A DNA stretch of 64,000 bases, from positions 20,584,001-20,648,000 of the forward strand of contig OZ193909.1 of assembly GCA_964276515.1 (NCBI GenBank), written 5' to 3'. The stretch is from Gordius albopunctatus. Taxonomy: Eukaryota. Made by a program: the position numbers and the translations under genes. Below the pieces are notes generated by a model. It did not search any database, was not told where the DNA came from, and was given only the letters and a program-made list of their open reading frames with translations. Shown piece after piece: positions 37,543-50,944 of the stretch. The number at the start of each line of letters is the position of its first letter. The stretch's first letter is position 1.

Positions 37543-40500
37543 TTTATTAACCTTAATTAATGCCCCCCAAAAACATACTCTCGAGCACCCGCTTTCCCCA
37601 ATAGCTAAACTGAAATAAAAATAGATCGAAAAAACTCTCGAGTACCCCCTTCCCCTAATAACTTAATCTTACTTTAATTTATCAATCTTGAAATTTAATG
37701 GGTTTTCTGAGGGAAACGGATAAATCGTATAGAGAGGATGATTTCGTAAATTTTTAAATACTAATTTCTTTATTTCCAATACACCATATACAAACTTAAT
37801 CATTAACAATCAATACAGCGCGCATCATTTTAAATTCACAAAGGGTAATTATTAATTTAATTTCAATAAAATAATTTGTAATTTAAACTTATTTAAGATT
37901 TTGAATCTTCTAGAAAGATAATCCTTTTACGCTATTTAGATTAAATTCATTTAGCACTTCTAGATTAAGCTTAGTTTTTACTGTAAATTCACAAATAGCG
38001 ACTAAATAAATTCTCTATATTTTTTCCCCTTAAATATCAAAGCCAAAACAAATATTACGCCAAAATAAAGTAAATAAAAATTAAAGAAAAGCCTATTAAG
38101 TCCGAATACTCTTGAGGTGCCCGCCTGACCATATACAAGCTGTCGGCAAAGCTCGGGGTTTTTTATGAGTCAAGGACGACAATCGTATTTAACAAACATC
38201 TGTTACATAACTAATCCGACCAAATATTTATGTTGAATTCATGCTGAATTATTTAATTACATTTACCTTTAAATATCATAAATAATTTTGCTAGCTAAAA
38301 AAATATGGTTGTTAAAATAAATATATATTGCAGCCACATTAAATGCTTGAAAGCATGATTAGGGCTTAATAAATATACAAGTAATATTTGCGCCAAACCA
38401 AGCTTATTTGCTGGGTGCGAGCGATATATAAATTTAAACGTTACATTTGATTAATATTATATTTTTCATTATAGATTTGAGAAATGATATTAATTCACTA
38501 TATTAATGCTTAAAAATAACCTCGGGTCGCAAATTGCCGGGCGCCATGTTTATGGCGTATATTAACATTTAATCCCCTTTCATTTTGTTATATAATTAAA
38601 CGTTAAACTTATGAAGAAATAATTCTTTAAGTTTCTCATTATTCCTTCTTCCATAGTGCATATTCATTAAGTCAATTAGATCACCATTTTGGGTGAGGTT
38701 TTTCAAAAATAAGGGACGAATTTTTTTTACTTATTAACAAAGATAAAGGCGATGAGGCTCCCAAAAAAATTTGTTCCGTTCGTGAAGCCCAGGTTTAAAT
38801 TGCTACCCTTGGTTCAAAATGTCATAAACAAAGATGTTTTGAACGTTAAACTTTGGCAAGAATCTATGGCAAATCTTGAAGATGTTATTGTATTATTAAC
38901 TATTTGAAAAAAATGACCATTGGCCAAATTTTTTTTCCGTTTTTTTTTAAATTGGTTACCATTGGTATTTACCCTATGTCCGTCAGTCCAATTATTTTGC
39001 ATTTAATACCCCCTATAGAGATTCTCGCCCCTCCCCAGCCCCACCTTTCTCGCCCATAATCTGCATAGCAAATATGCTACTTTTATACAGAGTATAGAAG
39101 AGTTCCCCCTTCCCCTTACCACGAGGGCCGAAGGCCCGAGTTTTTAGTTAATCATTAATATTTATTTTTTCTATGATTAATCTACAGGGGGCTATAATTA
39201 ATTAAATGATTTTTGTGTCAGCTCTCTCCTTAGTGAGATCCCTGTTAACGCAAACCAGTGTCCCTTGTCAAAGTTCGTCCACTATATCTGAAAATAGGGA
39301 GAAAATTAAAGTAGTACATCTACATAGTTATGCAATGTTTACTAACATTCCTTCCGCTCTCTGCATTTAGACTCTCCCCCCCCCCTCTCCTAAATTTCCA
39401 ATCCGTATCATATTTAGCCAAGAAGAAAAAGATAGGGTCGGAATTTAAAAGCCTGCATCCTTAATACTGGGACTGAGCAGTCGTTAGGAAGAAAGAAAAA
39501 AATGACATCTATCGTAGCCCGCTATACATACTCAAATAAAAGAATTCTAAATAAGAAAATTAAAAAAATCCCCCAATCTGCACTGTTTCTTCATATAGTG
39601 GAGATGATATACATTTAGATTAAAAAATAATACTTCAACCATTTTAAAAGTGTTTTAATATCGAACAAGATATGCAATAAAATTGGAATACTATCAATAT
39701 GTAACATTTCGAATAATGTGTGAAAGGCGCTGGCTAGGCTACTTTATGGAATTACTATCTTTATAAATTACTTTTTTTTAGTGTATATAATGTATTATAC
39801 AAAAAAAATTAGTATTTATAAAGTGAGATATTATACCTTTTAAATTAAATCTCATGTTGATAGAAAGATGCATTAATATCGTCTATCAAAGCGCCTATGA
39901 TTATTATTAATTCATATTGAGTAGTTATCTAATACAAAATTCTCCAAAATGTTTTGGGATAGAAAGGTATTGGAAAGGCAGAGTTGAGCAAAGTTTTCAC
40001 CTAAAATGCCCTTCAAACCTCAACCCTAACCACTGAGACTCCTCAATTATTTTATAGTATCAAGCAAGCCCTACAGCAAATACCTCTCCCTGCCTGCCGC
40101 CTCAATAATCAATTAGAAAAATTGAAAAGGATAAGTATGGTAAACAGAGGAGAAGCATCAGTAAAATAATATAAGATTTGCATTTTGTTGAAACATTTAT
40201 CATCTCTCCATATGAAAAATCTCATGGCATGCTATGAAGGAATATATTTTATAGCCCAAACCCGACCTTTGGGTCACCCGCGCGAGCAGGCTATAATATA
40301 TTTACTAGTATTTAATGTGAGCACCATTCCTTTAAGGTTCTTTACCACAATTGGCCCCAATATAATTACTCGTACAAGCAATTTGCACGCTAAAGGTTGT
40401 CTCCTCCTTCATTCAACTACTACCACTACACCGAAATTAGGAGGGAAAAAGAGCAATTTCAAGGTGCTGCTTCAGCGCGGTAGTGGCTCAATTACTCCAT

Positions 40501-41413
40501 CGTAATTGAACAGCTATTAACTCTTTAGTGTATGTGTATGGGGGTTTAAGTTCTCGTGCCTTAACCATAAAAGACCTAGGCAACATCTATGTATGGACTA
40601 GATAGACTCCTCCATACATAACTGCTTTTTAACAATGTAGCACGTAATGTGTCGCTAAAAAGTAATTATTAAAGTAATCTAAATTTTTAAATAAGGCCAC
40701 AATTAGCTAGCTATATGTATTTTTAACTTATGTAAAAGTATGAAAACCTTTTATTGACCAATGGATCTTAGTCAAGTCTATGAGTGCACCTAAAATCTTT
40801 AGTGAATGTCCGAGTATCTAATATTAAGCTAATTATAATAAAATGAGTTTGAAATTTTTTTGAAATAAACGGTTAGCAAAATATGCCATATGCCCTCAAA
40901 TAATTAGCACAGCATGTTAGCTCTTTAAAGAAAAAAAATAGATGCGGAAAATTATTAAAGCTTCTCATAGAAATATATAAACTTTGGAGGACTTGGTAAA
41001 AATTGGAGAATGCCCGCTGAGATTAGTTGATTGATCTGTGATAACATATTGGGGCAATCTGTGTGGGCAACGTGTTAATTTTGTGAGCCTATACGGTTTC
41101 ATCTAAATATTGGTGAAAGAAGAACACACAGACATCGCGCTCAATTATCGGGCCGTTATGTTATTAAAGAATGGCTCCTCTATAATTGAGATTACAAGGG
41201 TGCTGGTGTAAACTATTACAACCTCTTTGCCGCATCCTACAATTAAATGGATATCTCAAACACCGGTCTGCCTTCCAATTATACCTCCATCCCCCCCCCC
41301 CTCCCCCATCCACAGTTATAAGACTCCTTTCAATGCCTAAACCAAAAAACTTTATTTTACTTGCCTAAAGTTTTAGCCGCAAAAACTTCTTATTTGATCA
41401 TAATTTAAAATTG

Positions 41414-42176
41414 ATGAATTGTGCCTTCTCCATTCACAATTTGCTCTTTAAGCCGCCCGGTAAAAAAGATCAGAATTCCCAAGCCTGCGTCCTCTCAATT
41501 TCCAGTGACAAATTTGGAGGAGAGTCCTCTTTAAACTCGGTGAAAGGCTTGGGGAAGCCTAAAAGTAATTTATAGCCTATATATAAAATGATCCCTTAAT
41601 CTATTTCATATAATAGTTATGCATGAAATCAAATACCATAATTACTATTTAGGTTGGAGCACAGTTCTAGGAGACTTTCAAAATAACCCTGTTTGGAGTC
41701 ATTATGTATTGCCTATTAATAATAAAACTGATTTTGAAAGTTACTTTCCCATTAAACCCTTTACAGATTCAAATCCTTTCAATAACTGGCCGCCTTGTTC
41801 AGGTCTTCCCACGACCTCCTATAAAACATCTCATTCCAACTTTTATCTTAGAAATCATAAGGGAAATATGGAAAGTATAATAAGTCCATTTTACCCAATG
41901 CTATCGCCTAGAGATTTACCTATAGGTTCTTTACCATATCAAAAGTTTAAAAAGAGACGCAAGATGAGAACCGCTCTTACATTTGCGCAGTTACATGCTC
42001 TGGAAGAAAAATTTACTATTCAAAAATATTTGTCACCCAGGGATAGAGATGAATTGTCGGAAGGATTAAACTTGCATCCCAATCAAGTTATAACTTGGTT
42101 CCAAAACCGCAGGGCTAAAAGTAAAAGGAAATATGGAAATGTACAAGATCATACAAGTGATTCAGAAAACGAATAA
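41414..42176 (+). CDS. Lbx: Ladybird/Lbx-family NK-class homeobox protein; exons 41414-41564 and 41653-42176
   Basis: Homeodomain RRKMRTALT...QKYLSPRDRDE...QVITWFQNRRAK has the Lbx-type KYLSPxDRD and VITWFQN; exon 1 carries the eh1 motif FSIHNLL; 88-nt phase-1 GT-AG intron keeps the frame. Confidence 0.85.
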
Positions 42177-42669
42177 ATGTACAGTCTATAATCGATTTAT
42201 TAATTTATTTTCATGAAAGATTTATTTATACAAATATGTAATTAACAATAAAAATTATAATTTTATTGAATTTAAACATTATTTAATACAATGTTTAAAT
42301 TTTGATTTTGAAGGTTAAAAGTATTGATATAAGTTTAGTACAGGCGTAAAGACAGGTCAAATCTAGACAAAATTTGATTTTATTATTAACATTGAATAGC
42401 ATACACTAATAAAACCATAAACTGCCGAACAGCGTATATGCACAAAGCATCTATTAATTTATATATTGTGTTCGCAATTTAATTTCGTGCCTTTCATCCT
42501 TTTTCATCCGTTTTTTTGTTTCATTGGCTATCAAAAATTTAGCAAAAATAATTGTATAATTTTGAAACATCGCTCGTTCAGAAAAATTAAAGAAGTAAAT
42601 CATTTTTGTAAAAAAGAGTCTTTTTAGAGATTCAATTAGCGATTTCGTCGATTTATTCATAAATAAAAG

Positions 42670-45480
42670 TTACCAGCGAATTTTTAGGTAGTATTTAATT
42701 TGTAGGACTGACTCATAGATAACCAATAAAGTAATTTTCTGATTGGCGGTGAAATGAGGGAAGGGCCTGGGCCCCTGTTTCTTTCCGCCTTTTCCCAAAT
42801 ATATCGATTGTTGTAATGATAGTTTTATGAATCTTATATTAAAATCACATTTAAAAATCAACTTGACGACAAGGCTCATAACAAGGCCTATTACAACGCC
42901 TGATAAAGTGGATAAAACACTGAAGTAGAGTTAAGATAGTTGGTAGATCTCGAATGCATTCCCCCCTTTCCAAATAGTTGGGTGAAGCCTATCAAATAAG
43001 CAAATTATTGCCATTAAAAATTAATTTGATGTTTGGGTTTAATATCATTTATATTTTAGCGTTGATAAAAGTATTACAGTACTTTTTGAATAATTTGTCA
43101 GAAAGATAATATAATTATTCATAATTAACAACACAAATCTAAAAGTATAGTAGTGAATAATTATTGTAATTACGATTCATTCATGCTTCTTGGAACAAGG
43201 AACACAGAATGATTAGTGAATGAGTGAGTTTTATTGAAATCGAAACATCCATCTATATTAAGCTTGAGTCTAGGTATGGTGGGTTGCCTTCTATGTATAG
43301 TGGATCCAATCTCAACCCAAAAAGAAAAGATTAAACCCAAAATCCATCCTATAAAGGATCCCTAACAATAATCATCATATAAAAGTCATTAATGACTAAA
43401 TTTAGAAATATATATCATTACTATGGAATTAGCAGCACAGGGGAAAAACATTCCTAGAGTAAAAAGTCCAAGCAAAGGACCACCAATCATACCAAATATA
43501 CTCAAAGCTGCTTGTAAATAGAAAAATAACAATATTTATTTCTAATAGCATTTTAAAAAATAAATCTACTTTTAAGTCATAAATATCATTTAAATTTAAG
43601 GTGAACTCTTTTATCTTTATAAAACATCATTAAAATGTATAGCTGTTAAGGTCCTCTAAAATAGTTAAATTCCCAGCAAGGAGCTAGTTCAGTTTGTTTG
43701 ATGGAAAAAAGAAACCGAGCTGTTCTTAATGGAAGCTTATTTTTAAATCAAAATTGCTTAATTACATTTAACCCCATAATTTTTTTATCTTCTTTCCCTC
43801 TATTTATAAGCAAGCCTATTATTAATTAAATAAAAATATTAGTCTTCTATCTATGTGAATTATTTAACGACTTTATTAGTATATTGGATAGTCCAACACC
43901 AATCCGACATCGTCTTTATATTTCAAAGAAGTTATTAACTAATTTGATAAACATGCTTAAGTCATTGAGATTTGTGTGAGAAGAAGATGAAATAAAGGAT
44001 GTAAATCGGCCGCCAAAGAATTTCAATTGAAATGTGACAACCTGAAGCACTCCCAGAGGCCACAAAAGCCAAGGAAATGAGAATTGCTCCAAAAGCAGCA
44101 GCCACAATTTTGCAAAGGATGCCACCTTTGGTTTGCTAATGTTGGGATTTATAAAAATTTTGACAAAATCTTCCAAGTAGAGGTCGGCATGGGCCGGGCC
44201 AGGGCCGGGCCGGACCTAATATTGAGCAATAAGAAAAACTTTGGCCGGGCTTGGGCTTTGAAAAGTGAAAATTTTGAAATTATTTATTTTCATACTCTAA
44301 TTATTATTAATATAGAAACAAAAAAATGCACTTATTAGCTTAATGATAAAAAAATTAATTTTTCCAAACAAATCTGGTGGAACTCAAAAATCATAATGTG
44401 AAAAAGTTTGAATGAGATGTATGTCATTTTTAATCTGGCAAAGATTCAGTGGAAAAATTTGAAGGTATATTACCTTTTGAAAAGGCAAGCATCAAGTTAG
44501 AAGCGGATAAGACACCAACACTCTATAAAATATTACCCTTTTATACATCATTAAAAAGCATCCAAAATTTGTTTCCTTCAACTACGTGTAAAGATGATCC
44601 TGTTGACTTAAAGATATATCTAAAATTTAAGTCAAGAGCTCAAACCATGCTAATTTCAAAGTTTAATATCGAAAGTTATCATAAAATATCAATCTTTCTT
44701 GTTTCTTAGTTTCGCACGATGAAAATTCTACCCGAGTATGAAAGTAACTTCTTAAAAACTACGGTAAAAATGTTTTAAAGAAATCCATGTAAGAAAATCC
44801 TGGCTCTTCCGACATGGATCTTCTTGCATAAGGGGTCCAGCTATGATTAATCCAGCTCAGGTGTCCAACACTAAGCAATTATCTATTTTTTATTTGGGAC
44901 GATGATGAAAGGGAAAAAGGGAAGATTTCCACGAAGTTGATACATCTTAAATCAAATCTAAACCCGAGGATGCTCAGCTAGATGTATTTTTATGGTCGAA
45001 CCACACTTACCAAAATTAGCTAGTCAATTTTTGTCGATTACAATGGCTACGGCTACGAGTAAACTCACATTCAGTAAGGCAAGTCGTCTTATATAACAGA
45101 GAAGAACGAAATTATTGCCTGATAGAATATATATTCTTTTAGTTTTAAATGACAATATTAAATTGTAATTTTTAATTAGAACCGATTTTATATGCTATAT
45201 TTAAATTATTTCATGAACAATACAAAAAAAATTTTATGCAAATAAATAATTTTGAAACAGCATAGACTTGTTTTTACTCGTGCCGGCCTGATGCGGTGCA
45301 ATCTTTGGGATTTTATAGCGGGCCGGGTGCGGGCCAAAAAATTTATATTTGTGCGGGTATGGGCTGGGCCTCAACCTAAAATTTCGGCCAATGCAGACCT
45401 CTACTTCCAAGGTTACAGGAGCCAAAGCGTTGATCCCAGAAGACATGGTGCTAACATATGATGATGAATACGAATGGATT
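42670..45480 (-). pseudogene. SLC5 sodium:solute symporter (SMCT/SMVT-like), 3' half
   Basis: Exon remnants [60 protein letters not shown] and IYQLS*LYFS; in-frame stop, frameshifts and a hAT insertion inside an exon. Confidence 0.85.
44178..45403 (+). mobile_element. Decayed hAT transposon inserted in an SLC5 exon
   Basis: TIR TAGAGGTC(G/T)GCAT; perfect 8-bp TSD CTTCCAAG; transposase remnant PFEKASIKLEADKTPTL and a degraded dimerisation domain near 45000-45150. Confidence 0.92.
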
Positions 45481-46118
45481 ATAATAAATCTTAACAATTT
45501 GTAATATTTCGAAGAGAAGCTTTTCCATAATTCGTTAACGAACTCAGTAGCGCACGCAAGGGCCCCCCCCCCGCTGACAAAAATTTATAAAACTTATGTA
45601 ATGCAATACAAAATTTAAAAAGTACTATAGCGGCGTAATACTCAATTTTACTTTTCTAATAGATAAATCCTAGGCTTAGCCAAGGGGCAGCTTCCCCCCC
45701 CCTTTAAATCCAAAAATTTGTTGAAATATATTAAAATCCTGGGGCTAAAATTTCTTCAAAAAATGTTAATTTTTAAATTGTGATTGCCCCCCCTGTAGAC
45801 GTATTATTTTATGATCCTAACAGGGGTGTAGATAAAAAATTTTTGGGAGGGTTTTTGGAATCCAAATCAGAGACCAGATTCCACTGCCCGAACTTGCCCC
45901 GGGCAACTGTCCTAAATTTTTATAATCGGGCGAGACCGGGCGGGCACGATGTTAGGATTCGGGCAATTCGGGCTTAATAAAATTTTTAGATAATATATTA
46001 TCTTGTTACTTTTTCATTTAATGAAAATGCTCCAAGAGAAACTTGATTTCGCCATCCGCCTCCAAATCATTTCTAGAATTTTTGCCCGAAACACTCTATT
46101 TCCATCAAGTCCCTATCC

Positions 46119-48190
46119 CTAGCTACGTTCATGTAAAAGAGTTGTGCAACCTCCCTCTTGATGTAGCATCGAGCCGAGGTATGTGAACCTGTCTACTTTT
46201 GGGTACTTTAGATCGTCATCCAGCGATGGGATGCCTGTACCGTTCATTTCCATGTATACCGTTTTTCTATCGTTGGCCTTTAAACCATATCCAGCTAAGC
46301 CCTTTGACCATTTTTCGGCTTCTTCGAATACTTTCTCTCTTGTTTCCTCGCATAGTACTATATCATCGGCATATAGCATACACCATGGCGAAGGCTTTTG
46401 AACGTCCCTCGTTATCGTGTCTATAACTATATTAAATAAAAAGGGACTTAAATCAGAGCCCTGATGTAATCCAATATTAACCCGAAAAGGTTTAGAGTCT
46501 CCAACTGTCGTCCTAACGCAAGAGTTTGAAGCTCCATAAATATTTTTCATAAGCCGTAAATATGCGTCAGGGATATTTTGTTTCCTCAGGCACCACCATA
46601 TTAAGTCGCGGGGGACCGTGTGACACGGTCCCGTGGTGACTCCTTCTTCACGACATCCGAGCAATGCTTCCATAGGTATTCCATCCTGACCATTTGCTTT
46701 TCCTTTTTGCATCTTGTTCATTAGTGTTCTAACTTCATCCTCCTGAAAGAGTTCCACCATATTTATATTTGGCTCAATTTTGGGAAGGGAATCCTTGTCG
46801 TTTGCAATATTCATAAGTTTCTTAAAATATCCTTTCCACTTTTCCATCACTTCTTTCCCTTTTCGCTTTTGACTATTTTAAGAACTCCGACATCGCGACT
46901 TTTCTTCTCCCTTATCTTGGCCAATTTGTACATAAGCCTATCGCCCCCTTTATGATCCAGTTTGTTTGCCATCTCGGTGTACGCGGCATTCTTCGCTTTT
47001 GCAACGGCATTGTTTGCGGCCCTTTTTGCGTACCTGTACTCTTGATAATCCTCCGACTTTTTTGATTTATGCCACCGTCTATATAGATTTTTCTTTCTTT
47101 CGATGAAATCTTTAACCGATTGATCCCACCACCATAGTTCCCTATTCATAGCTTTGCCTCCTTTGGTCTGTCCTAGAACACGAATCACTGTTTCCTTAAT
47201 GTCCTTAGATAGCGTCTCCCAATCGTCGTCTACGTCCCTTTGCAACTTCCTTGCACCCAAGAGTGAGCAGGCTTTTTGATGGTATTCTTTGTTTGTCGAC
47301 GTATCCTTTAGCCTTTCGTATCGAATTCGAGGTTCATAGAACTTTTTTCTTTCGGGAAATACTCTTCTGTCAAGATCCATAACAAGGGGACGATGTTGCC
47401 TGGCGATTTCTTCTCCCGGTATCACTTTGCAATCCTTGATACTCCATAATTCCTTTCGCCGTATAAGCAAATAGTCGATTTGACTAAAATGCTTCCCACT
47501 TCTATAGGTCACAATATGATCTTCGCGCTTTTGAAAATAGGTGTTAACGATCGCCATGTCATATGCTTGGGATACTAGGAGAAGTTTTTCCCCTTCTTTG
47601 TTTTCAGAACATGTCCATAGCCTCCATGATTGCGTTCATACCCGAGGCGATCTTTCCCAACGTGAGCGTTGAAATCTGCCCCAATAATTAGCCTTTCTTC
47701 CTGTCCTATTCCTTGTATTTCCTTTTCCAATGAATCGAAGAATATGTCCTTCTCTGATTCCAAACATCCAATTTGAGGGGCATACGCACACATAACGGTT
47801 AGGAGGCCCCCTTCATCTGCAATCTTCACCCACATTAGTCTGTCGAAACAACGCTTGACTTCCACCACCTTGTCCTTGAACGATTCACTTAGAACGATAC
47901 CGACCCCGTTTCTACGATTTGATGACCCACTGTAGAAAAGCTTGTATCCTTCTCCTGATTCCCGAGCTTTCGTTCCGTTCCACCTCGTCTCTTGTAGGCA
48001 GGCGATGTGTACCTTTCTTCTTTTTAGCATCTGTGCGACCTCGATGCTCTTCCCCGTCAACGTTCCCACATTCCAGCACGTTTCCTTAACCGCCTTTGTT
48101 GTGAGTTGGGCAATAACCCTAGTGTATTTTTCACATTGCACGGGCGGGGTATGCAGTGCGCGTCGTTTGTGGAGGACGCCCTAGCATTTT
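46119..48190 (-). mobile_element. RTE-clade LINE (APE endonuclease plus RT), broken
   Basis: WNVGTL...IACLQETRW, IIGADFNAHVG, SQIDYLL, GLHQGSDLSPFLF and LYADD spread over three frameshifted ORFs; N-terminal RT region deleted near 46620; 3' truncated. Confidence 0.92.
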
Positions 48191-49846
48191 CTTGTAAAAT
48201 CCTGTTTGAAACTATCGACGAGTTATAAAAGGAATTTATAAAATAGAGAGGGACTATAACCACCTAATATATTTATATTTTCTTAAAAAATGTTATTTGT
48301 TTTTAAAAATTTCTAATTATTTCCCTCCCTAATCATTACATGGGTACAGGTTTTCTCTCTTAGGTGGTTCTGTTAATACACCCGGGTAAATGGCAAAACA
48401 ACGTTTGCCGGGTTCATCTAGTATCTTTATATATATTGTCTTCTTGACCTTGAATGATGTATATTGTAATCCAAGTTAATAGTGTTGGTATGTAAATATG
48501 GAATATCACTTCTTCTTTGTCTAATTTTTCTTATCTTTTCCCCCTCAATATGAATTTAATCGAAAACTTAAATAATCACATCTAATTTTAGAGCTATTTT
48601 GAATTTTACTTGTTTGAGTTAAGCGGGAAAATACAAAATTAAATTTAGAGTATTTTATACCCCGAGTCTCCTTATCGTGAGATCGGCCGTTATTGAGGTG
48701 TAAATGTTACCTCATTTGAGATTTCAGAATTTTTGATTTACATGAAGGTAGTGGGCGTTGCAAGGTTGTCTTTGCCCCTGCCCCCATAAGCAACCCAATG
48801 TAACTAATATAATAAATATTATTTTTAACAAATAAACTTTTTAATAAATAAATAAATAAATAAATATTAATCGTAATGATTATAATATAGAATTTATTTT
48901 ATAAATTAAGGTTACACCTTAACTAGTTTTAAATTCTTAGGCGGCTGATAACACAGGTCAACATGGATTTATTAAATCAACCGATCAGCTGTTTCCAGAA
49001 TGTGATAGAGTATTTTACGGGAAATACAAATTTATTTTTAGTTTCTTTCCTATACGTAAAATTCTTAAAAAATTTGCATCAATAACTTGAAAATTTATTG
49101 TTAAAATTTAGTTTAATAAATTTGATTTATAAATAAAAAAGGAGAGGAAGGAGCCATTAAAATATTTTTTAAACAAGCTTTATTAATTTTTAATATATTA
49201 TATTCAAAACTTATCTCCTCTATCTTTTCACATACATGCCCAGTTATATCCCTTGGATGAGATTTACGCAGGCAGGCTATATCTTATCCGCTATTTACAT
49301 ATCAAAAGTTTTTTAGTAAGACATGATGTAATGTAGTAGGTATTTGCTGCTTTGTCTATTTCTCAAAAACTACGATCCCATCGAATTTAGCGAGCAAATT
49401 AGGCTTGGTTCCTTTTTGAACGATTTTGTTTCTCCGAAAAACATGGATAGAAATTTAAGCAAGGTATTTTGCATGTTGTTCATAATTGAGTCAATGCCTA
49501 TTATTATTAATGTATCTGAAGAACATTTCACTACACATAAAAGCGCAGACATTAGAAACCCGTTTCATCAAATCCTTTTACGTCAAAGGATATTTTTGGG
49601 AAAGCAATAAGGGCCTGTCAAGGTGGCTGTAATTAGGACTCACTCCTGCAACTGGTCATTAATAATTTATAACGTTAACGCACCCTAGTTCAGCACGACC
49701 CTTAATTTCCCATTTAAAACCCATACGTATATACCATATAATTTCCATCCAAAATCGATAATAATAAATTGGCATAATAAAATTTACAAATCAGTTTCTA
49801 AATGGCCCATATTTTAGTTTGATCAATTTAGTTACAATTTCTAATT

Positions 49847-50944
49847 ATGAATTTGGAGGCGCTCAAGCTAGTTGGCATGCTCATTGTTTGGCTGCTCATT
49901 TTGTTGGGCAACTTGAGCATATCAATCATATACCTATGTTCCAAAGAGCTTAGGGCTCTCTCCCGTTTTCGCATTATATTCTCCCTAGCCCTTGCTGATT
50001 TTTTGTTCGCCATCGTCATAGTCACTTTTGACATAGCCTACATAATGACCGGTGATTGGACCTTTTCCCACGTGTTTTGTCAAATTTGGCATATCTTAGA
50101 TGTCGCCTTTTCCACGGCCAGTTTCATGCATTTAGCCTTATTGGCCATAGATCAGTACATAAGCTTGAGGTCCTCTTTTACCCCGACTCCTGCCAAAAAT
50201 GAAAAACTTCTAAAAATATACAACATAGTTATTGGCTTGATTTGGATTTATTCGATCACGTACAGTTCGGCAACACTTGTCACATGCACAAATTGCTTCA
50301 CCGTTTCATCTAATCATCACCCCGAAACATTCCATAATTGCAGTGGAGTCATGAAGAATTCCACCACGCATCTAAACACTACGCAAACAAAGGTTAATGT
50401 GGCTTTAAGGAAGACCCTCTGTCCCTTCAACGTAGGCCCGATTCAAATAGCGATATTCTGTTCCTCCTTTTTCCTCAATATGTCTGTAGTTATAACTTTT
50501 TGCTCCTTGGTCCTCATCCGGCTCAAAAAGTATTCTCGTCAACTGTTCGCCGACCCAAACACCAGACTAGAAATTAAAACTCGTAGAATGGCCAAAGTGC
50601 GTCGTGCTATGAGATTACTCTTTGTAATGGTTTTCATATTTTTGCTCTGCTGGCTACCATTTTTTATCCATTTAGCCCTGGGACCGATTTACGTGAAATA
50701 TAACATGATGGGGGAAGGAACACAATTTTTGTTCACCCTTTTCATCTGGTTCGCCTACATCAATAGCGCAGTCAACCCCATCCTCTACTTTTTCATGCAC
50801 TACGAAATACGGTTTAGATTTAAGCAAGCCACAGCCAGCAACAGTAGTCCGGGTGAGACTGACCAAAAAATCAGTACAATTGAGGGAAATCGTTGGACAA
50901 AATGGAATATTTTTAACAAATTTAACATAAAAATAGGGCGTTAG
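49847..50944 (+). CDS. Class A GPCR, biogenic-amine-receptor-like, single exon
   Basis: Seven hydrophobic segments; GN (TM1), SLALAD (TM2), C..W..LDV...TAS..HL...AIDQY (TM3), CWLPFF (TM6), NSAVNPILY (TM7). Confidence 0.92.
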   Translation: MNLEALKLVGMLIVWLLILLGNLSISIIYLCSKELRALSRFRIIFSLALADFLFAIVIVTFDIAYIMTGDWTFSHVFCQIWHILDVAFSTASFMHLALLAIDQYISLRSSFTPTPAKNEKLLKIYNIVIGLIWIYSITYSSATLVTCTNCFTVSSNHHPETFHNCSGVMKNSTTHLNTTQTKVNVALRKTLCPFNVGPIQIAIFCSSFFLNMSVVITFCSLVLIRLKKYSRQLFADPNTRLEIKTRRMAKVRRAMRLLFVMVFIFLLCWLPFFIHLALGPIYVKYNMMGEGTQFLFTLFIWFAYINSAVNPILYFFMHYEIRFRFKQATASNSSPGETDQKISTIEGNRWTKWNIFNKFNIKIGR

